DNA of 64,000 bases from Candidatus Poribacteria bacterium. Its GTDB lineage: Bacteria; Poribacteria; WGA-4E; PCPOR2b. The position numbers and the translations under genes are program-made. Of this stretch, positions 1 through 9,067 are shown piece after piece (position 1 is the first letter of the stretch; every line of letters starts with the position of its first letter). The notes under the pieces are model-generated. The model saw only the letters and a program-made list of their open reading frames with translations. It was not told where the DNA came from and ran no database searches. The stretch lies in NCBI GenBank assembly GCA_965116925.1, contig OZ220744.1, positions 1,408,001-1,472,000 of the forward strand, written 5' to 3'.

Positions 1-619
1 GCCCTAAAACTTCTGAATCGTGGCTAACGATGAGCAATGCGGCGCTGTTTTCGTGGCAAATTTCACGGATAAGTGTTACCGCTTCGTTGGCATGATGATA
101 ATCCAGATTGCCGGTCGGTTCATCGGCGAGTACGAGCCGTGGTCGATTTGCTACGGCGCGGGCAACCGCAACACGTTGCTGCTGCCCGACCGATAGCTGC
201 GAAGGGCGATACCCCATCCGATCCCCTAGTCCGACCCGTTCAAGCAGATGTTGGGCAAAATTGGCGTCAATCCCTTTTCCAAACATCATTCCGAGCATGA
301 CATTCTCTAAAGCTGTGTAGCCAGCAAGTAGATTGAAGGTTTGGAACATATACCCGATATAGTGGGCGCGTAACCTATCCCGATCAGATTCTGAGAGAGC
401 AGTCATCTCCTCGCCAGCGAGCACAATGCTTCCGTTGTCGGCTTGCAGAATTCCAGCGATCAGATTCAGAAATGTCGTTTTTCCAGCACCGCTGCTCCCT
501 CTGAGCGCAATCTGTTTTCCTGCGTCTATCTCAAAGTGGGGAACATTAATGATGTGGCTCCGTGAACCATCAGGTGAGGCGTAAGCCTTTTCAAGGTTCG
601 TGACTGTCAAAAGGGACAT
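1..619 (-). CDS. ABC transporter ATP-binding protein, LolD/MacB-like (3' end runs off the window)
   Basis: Translated by hand from ATG at 619: Walker A GSSGAGKTT, Q-loop FQTFNL, signature LSVGQQQR, Walker B LADEPTGNLD, H-loop VSHD. Absent from the ORF track because the stop is outside the window. Confidence 0.92.
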   Translation of the reverse strand, partial: MSLLTVTNLEKAYASPDGSRSHIINVPHFEIDAGKQIALRGSSGAGKTTFLNLIAGILQADNGSIVLAGEEMTALSESDRDRLRAHYIGYMFQTFNLLAGYTALENVMLGMMFGKGIDANFAQHLLERVGLGDRMGYRPSQLSVGQQQRVAVARAVANRPRLVLADEPTGNLDYHHANEAVTLIREICHENSAALLIVSHDSEVLG

Positions 620-631
620 TACAGTCTCCGA

Positions 632-1030
632 TTAGTCTTCTAGCATTTTGCAGTGTTGACATGCGCGGCACAAGCGGCGATTAAGAAGGTGACCTGCCAT
701 AAGTAGAATCCCGCCGCAAGCCGTGAAGATGCTTTCGTACTCTTCTGGCACCCGGAAGCGTGCAATAAATATACATACGAACGCACCGCCTAGTATCAGA
801 AATAATTGCCATTTTCGATGGTGTTGATAACCCCACGTCAGACTCCCTACGGCGAGTCCCACTGCTGCGACGATCATCACCAATTCGACAGATTCACCGA
901 TCAGAAATCCAAGACCTATGAGCGGTAGGGCGATTATCAACAACGGAGTTGCCATACAGTGGAGGGCGCATGCAAAAGAGAGGCATGCCCCAACATTATC
1001 TACAAGTGAGTGATTCAGATATCTTTTCAA
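632..1030 (-). CDS. MerC-domain membrane protein (putative metal transport/binding)
   Basis: About 4 TM helices, SFACALHC motif typical of MerC-like proteins, GYQHHRK loop, C-terminal CxxCxxC. Confidence 0.75.
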   Translation of the reverse strand: MKRYLNHSLVDNVGACLSFACALHCMATPLLIIALPLIGLGFLIGESVELVMIVAAVGLAVGSLTWGYQHHRKWQLFLILGGAFVCIFIARFRVPEEYESIFTACGGILLMAGHLLNRRLCRACQHCKMLED

Positions 1031-1154
1031 TTGTTTCCCCTAAAATCATGTGATACTTATTCTTGCTTTCACTTTGCTTTGCCTATATTGCCAAACCCAG
1101 ATCAGCCATTAGATTTGGCAATATAGGCAAAACAATTTACCAAACAAACGCCCT

Positions 1155-1733
1155 TTACGGCGTAACCGTTACCGGAATTGAGAGTGCCGCCGTAAAATCA
1201 GGATGGTCGCCGTGCAAAAGTTGGAGTTTCGCTGATGTTTCTCCAGCTTTCAGCCCTTTCACCTCAAAGGTGAATTTCTCGGCAAGTTCATCGTCGTGGT
1301 GTTCCTCCTCTTCAGCGTGTTCATCTTCATGCTCATGTTCTTCACCTTCGTGAAGGTGGATTTCAACGATTGATGAGTCAAATTCGCTGAGAGCTAAAGC
1401 AAACACCTCTTCTTCGCCATGGTCATGTTCGTCCTCTTCTTCGGGGCTTTCAGGCAGAAATTCCTCTTCATCGTGGTCAAGGAATGCGGCAGCAATCTCT
1501 AATTCCTCCCCAACTTTGAGGGTAATACCGCCCTCATGTTCTCCTTCAAATTGGCGGTAAATCTGATTTCCGTCAACCTTGAGGACAAAACCGTCCGCAT
1601 CGGCATGGAATGGTTCGTCGTCATGGTCATGGCCATCGTCAATAATGGGATTATCATCTTCGCCACAAGCGGCGAACAGTACAACAAATGCGAGTAATAA
1701 CAACGTGAATCTAAAAAAACAGGTAAACATCAT
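1155..1733 (-). CDS. His/Glu-rich lipoprotein, putative metal-binding
   Basis: RBS GGAGGA before ATG 1733/1730; lipobox LFAA-C; tracts HDHDDE, HDHGEEE, HLHEGEEHEHEDEHAEEEEHH. Confidence 0.75.
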   Translation of the reverse strand: MMFTCFFRFTLLLLAFVVLFAACGEDDNPIIDDGHDHDDEPFHADADGFVLKVDGNQIYRQFEGEHEGGITLKVGEELEIAAAFLDHDEEEFLPESPEEEDEHDHGEEEVFALALSEFDSSIVEIHLHEGEEHEHEDEHAEEEEHHDDELAEKFTFEVKGLKAGETSAKLQLLHGDHPDFTAALSIPVTVTP

Positions 1734-1862
1734 TTCCTCCAGATATAAATAGATCGTGTTTCCCGGCATCACCACTTAGGCAAACTAACACCACAGTCAA
1801 CTCCGCAGGGAAAAGGTATAAATTGATTAAATGAAAAACAAAAGTATAAGTTAGGCTATAAA

Positions 1863-2177
1863 TTAAGTGGAGAACGCTGGTGGCGCACGACTTTGGATAC
1901 TGTTGTTAAGTGTCGTAGAAATGAAAGCAAAATAGAAAGGCGGGTGAATTGAGATGCACGTATCAACATTGGTAATGTCAACCGGATCAAATTCTATACC
2001 GACATGATTGGCACTGAAAAAACACGCAGAGCAATCTGTAGAACCGTGGTTCGTATGGTCATGTTCATGATCATGGTCATGTGGAAGTCCAACCAAGCTG
2101 ATTGCCATCAGGCAATAAGAAATGCCCATCGCAATTATCCAGCTAGTTGGATTGATGTGGATTCGATTGCTCTGCAA
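1863..2177 (-). CDS. DUF2946-like leader protein with CxxC and C-terminal RAPP motif
   Basis: N-terminal hydrophobic segment, HDHDHEHDH, DCSAC, ends SRAPPAFST. Confidence 0.75.
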   Translation of the reverse strand: MQSNRIHINPTSWIIAMGISYCLMAISLVGLPHDHDHEHDHTNHGSTDCSACFFSANHVGIEFDPVDITNVDTCISIHPPFYFAFISTTLNNSIQSRAPPAFST

Positions 2178-2226
2178 GAGCCTTTACCTCTCTCAAGAGT
2201 GGGATATTTGGAAACTGAACCGAAAA

Positions 2227-2293
2227 ATTATAACACAAGCGGATTGACTTTGACAATTTTTTATTTCACAAATCGGCTGCCAAGGGTATAATT
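2227..2293. promoter_or_regulatory. Divergent sigma70-like promoters
   Basis: Minus strand TTGTCA-N18-TATAAT (2256 to 2227); plus strand TTCACA-N17-TATAAT (about 2265-2293). Confidence 0.5.
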
Positions 2294-2375
2294 GAGAGGT
2301 GAAGTAGGGATTCCCTATCTACGGTAATGGGCTAATAAACTAATGAACCAATGAACTCCTAGAAAAGAAAGGATA

Positions 2376-3068
2376 TTGAGCAAAATGTATAGATTCACCC
2401 CTGTTTTGATAGTTGCGTGTATTGTGGCAATTACGAGTTTTTTAGTTCAAGCGGAGAGCGATGAAAGTGAATCGGCAGCCGAAAAATCCCGTATTCCCGG
2501 CTGGTTCCGCGTCGATACCGATAGCTTAGGTACGCATTTCCTTATCGGTGCTACTCATTCCGTCGGTGGACTTTCGCTTGAGTCTAATATCTTCATCGAC
2601 GACACCATCGGGGAGTTTGACCTCGGTGTTTCTATCCCCGCAGTTAAAGGCGATGGTTTCAGCGTCACACTGCTCCCCATGCTCGGCCTTGGATATGACT
2701 ATGCCGCGCCAGATGGGCCCCTCGCAATCTATCCACACCTCTTTGTTTTTATGCCTGCTGGAAAACTCTTCTTGAAATCGTGGACAATCGGCACCCTCTA
2801 TTCCGTGTTTGACGAAGACAGGAACAACGAGGTATACACCCGCAATTATATAACCTATTCCCTCAACAAAACCCTTGCCATCGGTCCGCAAGTCGAAGCT
2901 GTGATTGTGGGGAACGGTGTTGGGCTTGTCAGTTTGGTTGTCGGTCCGCGCATCAACATCGGCTACGGTGAAAATAACACCCTCGGCATTCTTGTTGGGT
3001 ATGACACCAAAAAAGAGGAAGACCAAACCGGGTTGACCGGAAGGTTGAGTTTCACCCGCAGGTGGTAA
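2376..3068 (+). CDS. Exported hypothetical protein, possible small outer-membrane beta-barrel
   Basis: Signal peptide (VQA-ES), alternating amphipathic strands, C-terminal aromatic residue (RLSFTRRW). Confidence 0.6.
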   Translation: MSKMYRFTPVLIVACIVAITSFLVQAESDESESAAEKSRIPGWFRVDTDSLGTHFLIGATHSVGGLSLESNIFIDDTIGEFDLGVSIPAVKGDGFSVTLLPMLGLGYDYAAPDGPLAIYPHLFVFMPAGKLFLKSWTIGTLYSVFDEDRNNEVYTRNYITYSLNKTLAIGPQVEAVIVGNGVGLVSLVVGPRINIGYGENNTLGILVGYDTKKEEDQTGLTGRLSFTRRW

Positions 3069-3138
3069 CAAAGCATATTAACGGTAGGCGGGGCTGCCCC
3101 GATAAAATCGGGATTTCGCTACGTTCAACTTGCCCCGC

Positions 3139-3774
3139 TTACTTGACGATGACCATCTTCCGTGTGGTGGAAAAATCGCCTGCTATCAGCGTGTAAAAGT
3201 ACGCACCACTTGCCACCCGCTCACCGACATCACTTCTCCCATCCCAATGGATTGCCTTTGATCGATTCTCATAGGCAGATGCAATCCGATATCCAACCTC
3301 AAGTGTGCGGACAACATAACCCGTTTTGTCATAGATGGTCAAGGTGACGAAAGCATCCTCTGCCAATCGATACGGTATCCATGTCTCTAGGATTAAACGG
3401 ATTTGGATAGTTGGGTAACAGTTCCATTTCTTTTGGGGTGAGGGATACTAAAAGCTGTTCAAGCACCAGAAATCCACGTTTCATGATGGAATTCCTAACT
3501 TCAAGTGCCCGTGCGTCGGTCAGCCAACCCTGAACCTCTACCGTTGTGAGTGTCTCAGGGAGTTGCAGATGCGCTGAAGGCGCAGCTGCCGCACCGTCAA
3601 ACATCCCCGCAACCATTATTAGATCCAGAACATTGACCATCCCATCTCCGTTGACATCTACCGCTTTAGCGCGGAGGTTTGGATCGGGGATGTTTACAAT
3701 TTGTGCCGTTACGGGCAGCGGAGAAGTAAGCCAAATCAATAAAAAAAAGGAAAATAAAGAATTAGTTTTTTCAT
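3139..3774 (-). pseudogene. Decayed secreted protein: signal peptide, LRR N-cap, dockerin-like repeat, FlgD/T9SS-like C-terminal domain
   Basis: ATG 3774 is out of frame across an 8-nt homopolymer (3741-3748); second frameshift at NYPNPFNP/ETWIPY (about 3388); VNIPDPNLRA is joined directly to DVNGDGMVNVLDL. Confidence 0.8.
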
Positions 3775-3795
3775 AGATTCCCTTCTTGAGAATAC

Positions 3796-4016
3796 TATAG
3801 TGAATTCAAAAAATAAAGAAACACTTGCGCCCCCCCGGTAGGTGCGGTTTGATGAAGTTTAAGTATTTAAATCGGTAATCCCTATTTTCCTCGAAACATA
3901 CGGTAGGCGCGGTTTTCAACCGCGCCGGTGTCGCTAGCAAATTACCGAACTGTTTTTTTAATTTTCATGTAACCGCACCGGTTTGGCGTGTCCCATTAAT
4001 TCTAAAATCTACTATA
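3796..4016. mobile_element. MITE family A copy carrying a nested family B element
   Basis: Ends TATAGTGAATTC...ATCTACTATA shared with copies at 22326-23919 (inverted) and 59388-59495 (empty). Confidence 0.8.
3852..3968. mobile_element. MITE family B, non-autonomous derivative of the IS630 element, containing one REP hairpin
   Basis: Ends ATGAAGTTTAAGTATTTAAATCGGTAAT and ATTACCGAAC...TTTTCAT resemble the IS TIRs at 22426 and 23666; internal GGTAGGCGCGGTT-TTC-AACCGCGCC. Confidence 0.8.
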
Positions 4017-4018
4017 AG

Positions 4019-4203
4019 CAGGAGTTACGCGCTGCAGTAGGGAACGCAGATCTGCGTTCCCTACGAACTCCTTGAGGGTGTCTCTGCTAGAGTTGCCCAA
4101 TTTATCGGGCATTGGCAACGGTGTCCTGTAACGATAAATCGCCGAACTGCAAGTCTAAGACTCTCCAAACAGGGCGGGTGAGCGTGTAACTGCGTAACTC
4201 CTA
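4019..4203. mobile_element. MITE family C with REP-like hairpins
   Basis: Ends CAGGAGTTACGC / TGCGTAACTCCTA; internal palindrome GTAGGGAACGCAGATCTGCGTTCCCTAC. Confidence 0.7.
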
Positions 4204-4503
4204 TTAGATAAAGATAACCTAAGTGGATCTCCTGTTTTGGGTAGGCACAAGTTGCTTTGAATCCTGATGCAGCATCGGGGCTATAATGATGCACATATCT
4301 CAATTATATCACGCCCCATTTCGCAAAGCAAAAGGAGTGGAAAGGGCTCAGGTAAAATTCTTACCCATATAATCATTCAGAAATGGTATAATTTCAACAC
4401 GTTGCACCGGTTAATTGAGGAAAAACTTCACCGTTTTTGGGTGAAGAAATCTAGTGGTAATGGATTAAGTAAGGTTGTGCTATCTACCAACATATATGGT
4501 TAA

Positions 4504-4590
4504 CTCATATAAAAAGAAAGTGCAGAGCACGAAGAGAAACCGAGTTTTGCCGAAAAAACTCGGTTTCTTTGCACGAAATCTTAACGTGAG
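4504..4590. mobile_element. Short MITE-like element (family D)
   Basis: Imperfect TIRs CTCATAT..GTGCA / TGCAC..ACGTGAG, central hairpin AGAAACCGAGTTTT/AAAACTCGGTTTCT, flanking direct repeat ATATGGTTAA (4494-4503, 4593-4602). Confidence 0.5.
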
Positions 4591-4611
4591 CGATATGGTT
4601 AATGAAACGCT

Positions 4612-6849
4612 ATGAAAACGAAATTACTTGAGTCAATGCCACATTCGATTGGAGCAAAGCTGAACGGACTGCTCTCCACGGGAGAGGAGGAGCTTATTCG
4701 TGTATCTACTGACCTGAATCAGGAAGGAGAATTTGGGGAACAGTGGGTAATTGTTACAGATAAACGGCTCCTGATTGTCCCAACGACGGAGCTTAACAGC
4801 GTCATCGAGGTGCCGATTCAAGAGTTGATTCTTGTGCAGACCGAAGCCTTAGTTGGTGGAGGTCGCCTCAGCATTGAACGGAAGAGTAAACCGACCATCA
4901 CAGTGCCTTACTCCAGTTCTCTCGCAGAAAAATTTTCTGAGGTCGCGCGGGGCCTTGAGCAGCTCCGTAAGGGAGAAGCGTTTCTGATTAACACACAACT
5001 TGACCGCACACGATGCGGAAAGTGCGGCAAACTGCTCCCTGAAAAGAATGGAATCTGTCCTGCCTGTATCCGGCGGCTAGCAACACTACAGCGTATTGCT
5101 AGTTATCTGAAGCCCTACAAAGGGCTCGCCATCCTCTTGGTGATTGTTTCCTTGATAGAGATGGGTACAGCAGTGATCCCTCCAATGCTATATCAACAAA
5201 TCGTCGATGATGTCTTAATAACGAAGGAAGGAAACACCGATAGTATGTCTGAACGGCTGACCCTGCTCGGTTTACTGGTGCTCAGTTTGGTTGGCCTCCG
5301 TGTGTTGAACTGGGGAATGGAATGGGCGCATGGTTGGACGGTGAGCTGGTTGGGAGCGCGTATCACCGCCGATATCCGAAACCGTCTTTATCAACAACTG
5401 GAGTTGCTTTCACTCCAGTTCTATGATAGACGGCAGGTCGGCGCGGTGATGTCCCGTGTAACCAGAGATGCCGGCAGGCTCCAGGAGTTTTTGGTGGAAG
5501 GATTGCCCTACTTAATCCTCAACGCATTAAGGATTATCGGTATTTTAAGTATTCTATTTTGGAAACACTGGCTACTGGCACTGCTTATCCTCGTACCGAT
5601 TCCGTTTATAATGGGGTGGGGTGTTATCTTCTGGAAACGGATGCGGCTCTACTTCAATAAATGGGATCAGGCTTGGTCAGATATCATGACGACGGTGAAT
5701 GAGACGCTATCCGGTATCCGTGTGGTCAAAGCCTTTGCCCAAGAAGTAAGAGAAATCGCCACATTTGGGATTCGGAATAAGAAGATCCGGCAACTTGCCA
5801 TTCGGACGGAAATTAACTGGGAGATTTTCTTCGCTACAACAACCCTCTTGACTAGTTTTGGTATACTGGTTGTGTGGTTTTTCGGTGGAAGAGAGGTAAT
5901 CAGAGATACGCTGACGTTAGGGACGCTGTTGGCGTTCTATGCTTACATGTGGATGCTCTATGAGCCGATAGAATGGTTTGGGCAGGTCAACAACTGGATG
6001 ACACGGGCATTTGCCGGGGCGGAGCGTATTTTCGAGGTGATTGACACCCCCGCCGAAGCGTACGAAGACCCTAATGCACACTCAATATCGAATATCAGGG
6101 GAGAGGTTAGTTTCAAAGATGTCACATTTGGTTACGACAAGAGCAAACCTGTGCTCCACGAGATTAACCTCGATGTTACACCCGGTGAGATGGTAGGACT
6201 TGTGGGGCGGTCTGGGGTTGGCAAGACGACTACCGTGAATCTGATCTGTCGATTCTACGATGTTGATCGGGGCATAATTGAGGTCGATGGTGTACCGATT
6301 CAGAAGATCCGCCTTGAGGATTTACGGAGTCAAATCGGCATTGTGCCGCAGGAGCCGTTTCTGTTCAGTGGCACTGTTGCGGAGAACATCAGCTACGGCA
6401 AACCCGGTGCGAGTTTTGAGGAGATTATGGACGCGGCGATCGCAGCAAATGCTCACAACTTCATCGTTGCCAAGTCCGACGGCTATGATACCCAAGTCGG
6501 AGAGCGAGGAGGTGAGCTATCAGGCGGCGAAAAACAACGGGTTGCTATTGCCCGTGCCATCCTCCGCGATCCCCAAATTCTCATCCTTGATGAAGCGACC
6601 TCATCGGTGGATGTGGAGACGGAGAAACAGATTCAGGAAGCCATCGCCCGGTTGACTCAAGGGCGTACCACCTTCGCAATTGCCCATCGCTTATCAACGC
6701 TACGAAATGCAGACCGGCTCGTCATACTTGAAGGCGGTCGTATTGTTGAGATGGGAACACATAGCGAATTGATGGGAAAAATGGGTATTTTCTACGAACT
6801 AGTGCAGCTGCAACAGCAGACCTCAGAGATTATTGCGGTCAAAGAATAA
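4612..6849 (+). CDS. ABC exporter (fused permease and ATPase) with N-terminal extension and Zn-ribbon
   Basis: 6 TM, GRSGVGKTT, LSGGEKQR, LILDEATS, IAHRLST; N-terminal region with CGKC...CPAC. Confidence 0.92.
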   Translation: MKTKLLESMPHSIGAKLNGLLSTGEEELIRVSTDLNQEGEFGEQWVIVTDKRLLIVPTTELNSVIEVPIQELILVQTEALVGGGRLSIERKSKPTITVPYSSSLAEKFSEVARGLEQLRKGEAFLINTQLDRTRCGKCGKLLPEKNGICPACIRRLATLQRIASYLKPYKGLAILLVIVSLIEMGTAVIPPMLYQQIVDDVLITKEGNTDSMSERLTLLGLLVLSLVGLRVLNWGMEWAHGWTVSWLGARITADIRNRLYQQLELLSLQFYDRRQVGAVMSRVTRDAGRLQEFLVEGLPYLILNALRIIGILSILFWKHWLLALLILVPIPFIMGWGVIFWKRMRLYFNKWDQAWSDIMTTVNETLSGIRVVKAFAQEVREIATFGIRNKKIRQLAIRTEINWEIFFATTTLLTSFGILVVWFFGGREVIRDTLTLGTLLAFYAYMWMLYEPIEWFGQVNNWMTRAFAGAERIFEVIDTPAEAYEDPNAHSISNIRGEVSFKDVTFGYDKSKPVLHEINLDVTPGEMVGLVGRSGVGKTTTVNLICRFYDVDRGIIEVDGVPIQKIRLEDLRSQIGIVPQEPFLFSGTVAENISYGKPGASFEEIMDAAIAANAHNFIVAKSDGYDTQVGERGGELSGGEKQRVAIARAILRDPQILILDEATSSVDVETEKQIQEAIARLTQGRTTFAIAHRLSTLRNADRLVILEGGRIVEMGTHSELMGKMGIFYELVQLQQQTSEIIAVKE

Positions 6850-6920
6850 CTACTTCGGAAGGTGGTTGGGATGGATTGCCAAATCCATGTCAAAACCCTA
6901 ATCAGCAAAAGGAGCCAAAA

Positions 6921-8027
6921 ATGGCAAAATACCGAGGGGCAGTCATAGGACTTGGGTGGATGGGGATGCTCTACGATTTGGCACAACGCATGGGGGTGTG
7001 GCATGTTGATGATATCGACCGTCCCACACCCGAATTGGATGTCCACCGCAAGTTCTACTACCACGATCGACATTTGCCGAGAAAGTCGATGCCGAGCAGC
7101 TACGCAGAGGCACTGTCAGATCGGTCAGAAATAGAGCTGGTCGCCGCTGCCGAGCGTGACCGCAAACGACTCGCAGCTTTCGGGGAACGCTATGGTGTTA
7201 ATGCACTATACACCGATGCGATGGAGATGCTGCACCAAGAAAAGCCGGATATCGTTGCCATTTCCACCAATACCAAAGGACGTGCAGATCTGACCTGTTA
7301 CGCCGTGGCGTGCGGCGCAAAAGGGATTGTGACAGAGAAACCGATGGCTTACACCCTTGAGGAGGCAGACCGCATGGTAAAAACGTGTGCCGATGCCGGC
7401 GTGCCTCTATGCTGCGGTGCCATTTCGACCAGCCATCCCGCGTTCCGCACAGCCAAGGAGTTGATAACAAGTGGCGCGATCGGAGAGGTGCTTTCCATTG
7501 AGGCAGAGTCGGATAAGAATCTGTCCCAACACCAAAACTGGTCGTACTTTGTCGACAGTAGACCCGCATGGGTCATCGGCTTGGGAGATTTACCTAAGCG
7601 CGAATCTGGCAGCAACGAGTTCCGTGGTCAAGGCATGATGGTCACCGATACAGGACTTGTCGTGCATTTCAGGAAGGGTGCCCCAGCTGTACGAATCACC
7701 GGCACAGAAGGCGAACTTTTTCATCCAGAACATTACTCCGACTGGACTCTGTTTCAGGAGGTGGACACCCCTGCCGGGCGGCACCGGATAGAGGTGCCGT
7801 GGTCCGGACCGAAGATGCAGGTCGGTGGCGGTTCAATTAACGGACTAGCGGATGTGATGGAGTGCTTGGCGGGTAAACTTGACGAACCCAAAAATTCGGG
7901 CAGACGGGTGGCTATTGCACTTGAAGTTGAGATTGCCATAAAGTTATCTTCGACTCAAGGCGGCCAGCGAATTGACCTACCGCTAGCAGATCGTTCTCTC
8001 GGACTTGAGTACGACTGGCATAGATAA
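6921..8027 (+). CDS. Gfo/Idh/MocA family oxidoreductase
   Basis: RBS AAGGAG then ATG 6921; GLGWMG Rossmann motif; EKPMA. Confidence 0.88.
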   Translation: MAKYRGAVIGLGWMGMLYDLAQRMGVWHVDDIDRPTPELDVHRKFYYHDRHLPRKSMPSSYAEALSDRSEIELVAAAERDRKRLAAFGERYGVNALYTDAMEMLHQEKPDIVAISTNTKGRADLTCYAVACGAKGIVTEKPMAYTLEEADRMVKTCADAGVPLCCGAISTSHPAFRTAKELITSGAIGEVLSIEAESDKNLSQHQNWSYFVDSRPAWVIGLGDLPKRESGSNEFRGQGMMVTDTGLVVHFRKGAPAVRITGTEGELFHPEHYSDWTLFQEVDTPAGRHRIEVPWSGPKMQVGGGSINGLADVMECLAGKLDEPKNSGRRVAIALEVEIAIKLSSTQGGQRIDLPLADRSLGLEYDWHR

Positions 8028-8038
8028 GGAACAAAGTT

Positions 8039-9046
8039 TTGATTTTGAGAAGACTGATGTTCAAAATCGTTCTCATGTTCACCGCAATTTTCTGGATTGT
8101 GCCCCTATTGAGTCTTGCCAAAGCTGAGAAATGGGGTAAGAAAGCGGATATGCCAACCGCAAGATTCGCGCTATCCACCAGCACAGTGAGCGGCAAGATT
8201 TATGCCATTGGGGGGAGAGTGGGGAACACGCTTCTAGCTAAAACGGAAGAATATAATCCCTGGACCAACAAATGGACTAAGAAAGCGGATATGCCAACTC
8301 GACGGGAGGGATTTTCCACCAGTTTGGTGGTTGATAAAATTTATGCTATCGGCGGAGGGGACCTCGGCGGAATGCTTGCCGTCGTTGAAGCCTACGATCC
8401 AGCGACAAATACTTGGGCGCGAAAAGCAGATATGCCCACACCACGATGGGGACTGTCAACCAGTACCGTCAACGGGAAAATTTACGCCATTGGAGGCGAC
8501 GGGGTTGCGCTAACGGCGGTCGAGGTATATGACCCAACGACGAACACTTGGGGGCAGCGAGCAGACATGCCCACTCCAAGATGGGGATTATCAGCCAGTA
8601 CCGTCAACGGAAAGATTTATGCCATTGGTGGGACGCCAAACGGTCTTGAAAGCCTTCGCACCGTTGAAGTCTACGATCCGGCGACGAACAGTTGGGTACA
8701 AAAGGCAGACATGCCCACTCCACGATGGGGATTATCAGCCAGTACCGTCAACGGAAAGATTTATGCGGTTGGAGGCACACAAAATGGTCGTGATGGGCTT
8801 CAGAGCGTTGAAGTCTATGATCCGGTGACGGATACTTGGACGAAGGCACCAGATATGCCCACCCCAAGAGGAAATCTCGCTACCAGTGCCTTCAATGGGA
8901 AGGTTTACGCCATCGGGGGCTCACAGGGATTGCTGCGCCGTGCCCTTTCAACGGTGGAAGCGTATGATACAGGAGTGCCGCCTCAAAGTGCTCAATCGAT
9001 CGGAAAAATCGCTACAATATGGGGCAAGCTGAAAGTTGAGAGATGA
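8039..9046 (+). CDS. Secreted Kelch-repeat beta-propeller protein
   Basis: Signal peptide; six repeats MPTxR...GKIYAIGG...VExYDP..W; C-terminal GKIATIWGKLK. Start may be ATG 8057. Confidence 0.92.
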   Translation: MILRRLMFKIVLMFTAIFWIVPLLSLAKAEKWGKKADMPTARFALSTSTVSGKIYAIGGRVGNTLLAKTEEYNPWTNKWTKKADMPTRREGFSTSLVVDKIYAIGGGDLGGMLAVVEAYDPATNTWARKADMPTPRWGLSTSTVNGKIYAIGGDGVALTAVEVYDPTTNTWGQRADMPTPRWGLSASTVNGKIYAIGGTPNGLESLRTVEVYDPATNSWVQKADMPTPRWGLSASTVNGKIYAVGGTQNGRDGLQSVEVYDPVTDTWTKAPDMPTPRGNLATSAFNGKVYAIGGSQGLLRRALSTVEAYDTGVPPQSAQSIGKIATIWGKLKVER

Positions 9047-9067
9047 TACAGATGCACAGCCTATCCT

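Noticed and set aside
73..320. Plus-strand ORFs of 75 and 70 aa
   Set aside because: Antisense to the ABC ATPase.
632..1030. Mercury resistance operon
   Set aside because: No merR, merA, merT or merP nearby; MerC-like domains also occur in other metal contexts.
3796..4203. Repeat cluster as a CRISPR array
   Set aside because: No regularly spaced direct repeats with unique spacers and no cas genes; explained by nested MITEs and REPs.
8130..8970. Periodic DNA repeats as a non-coding array
   Set aside because: They are in-frame Kelch blades.
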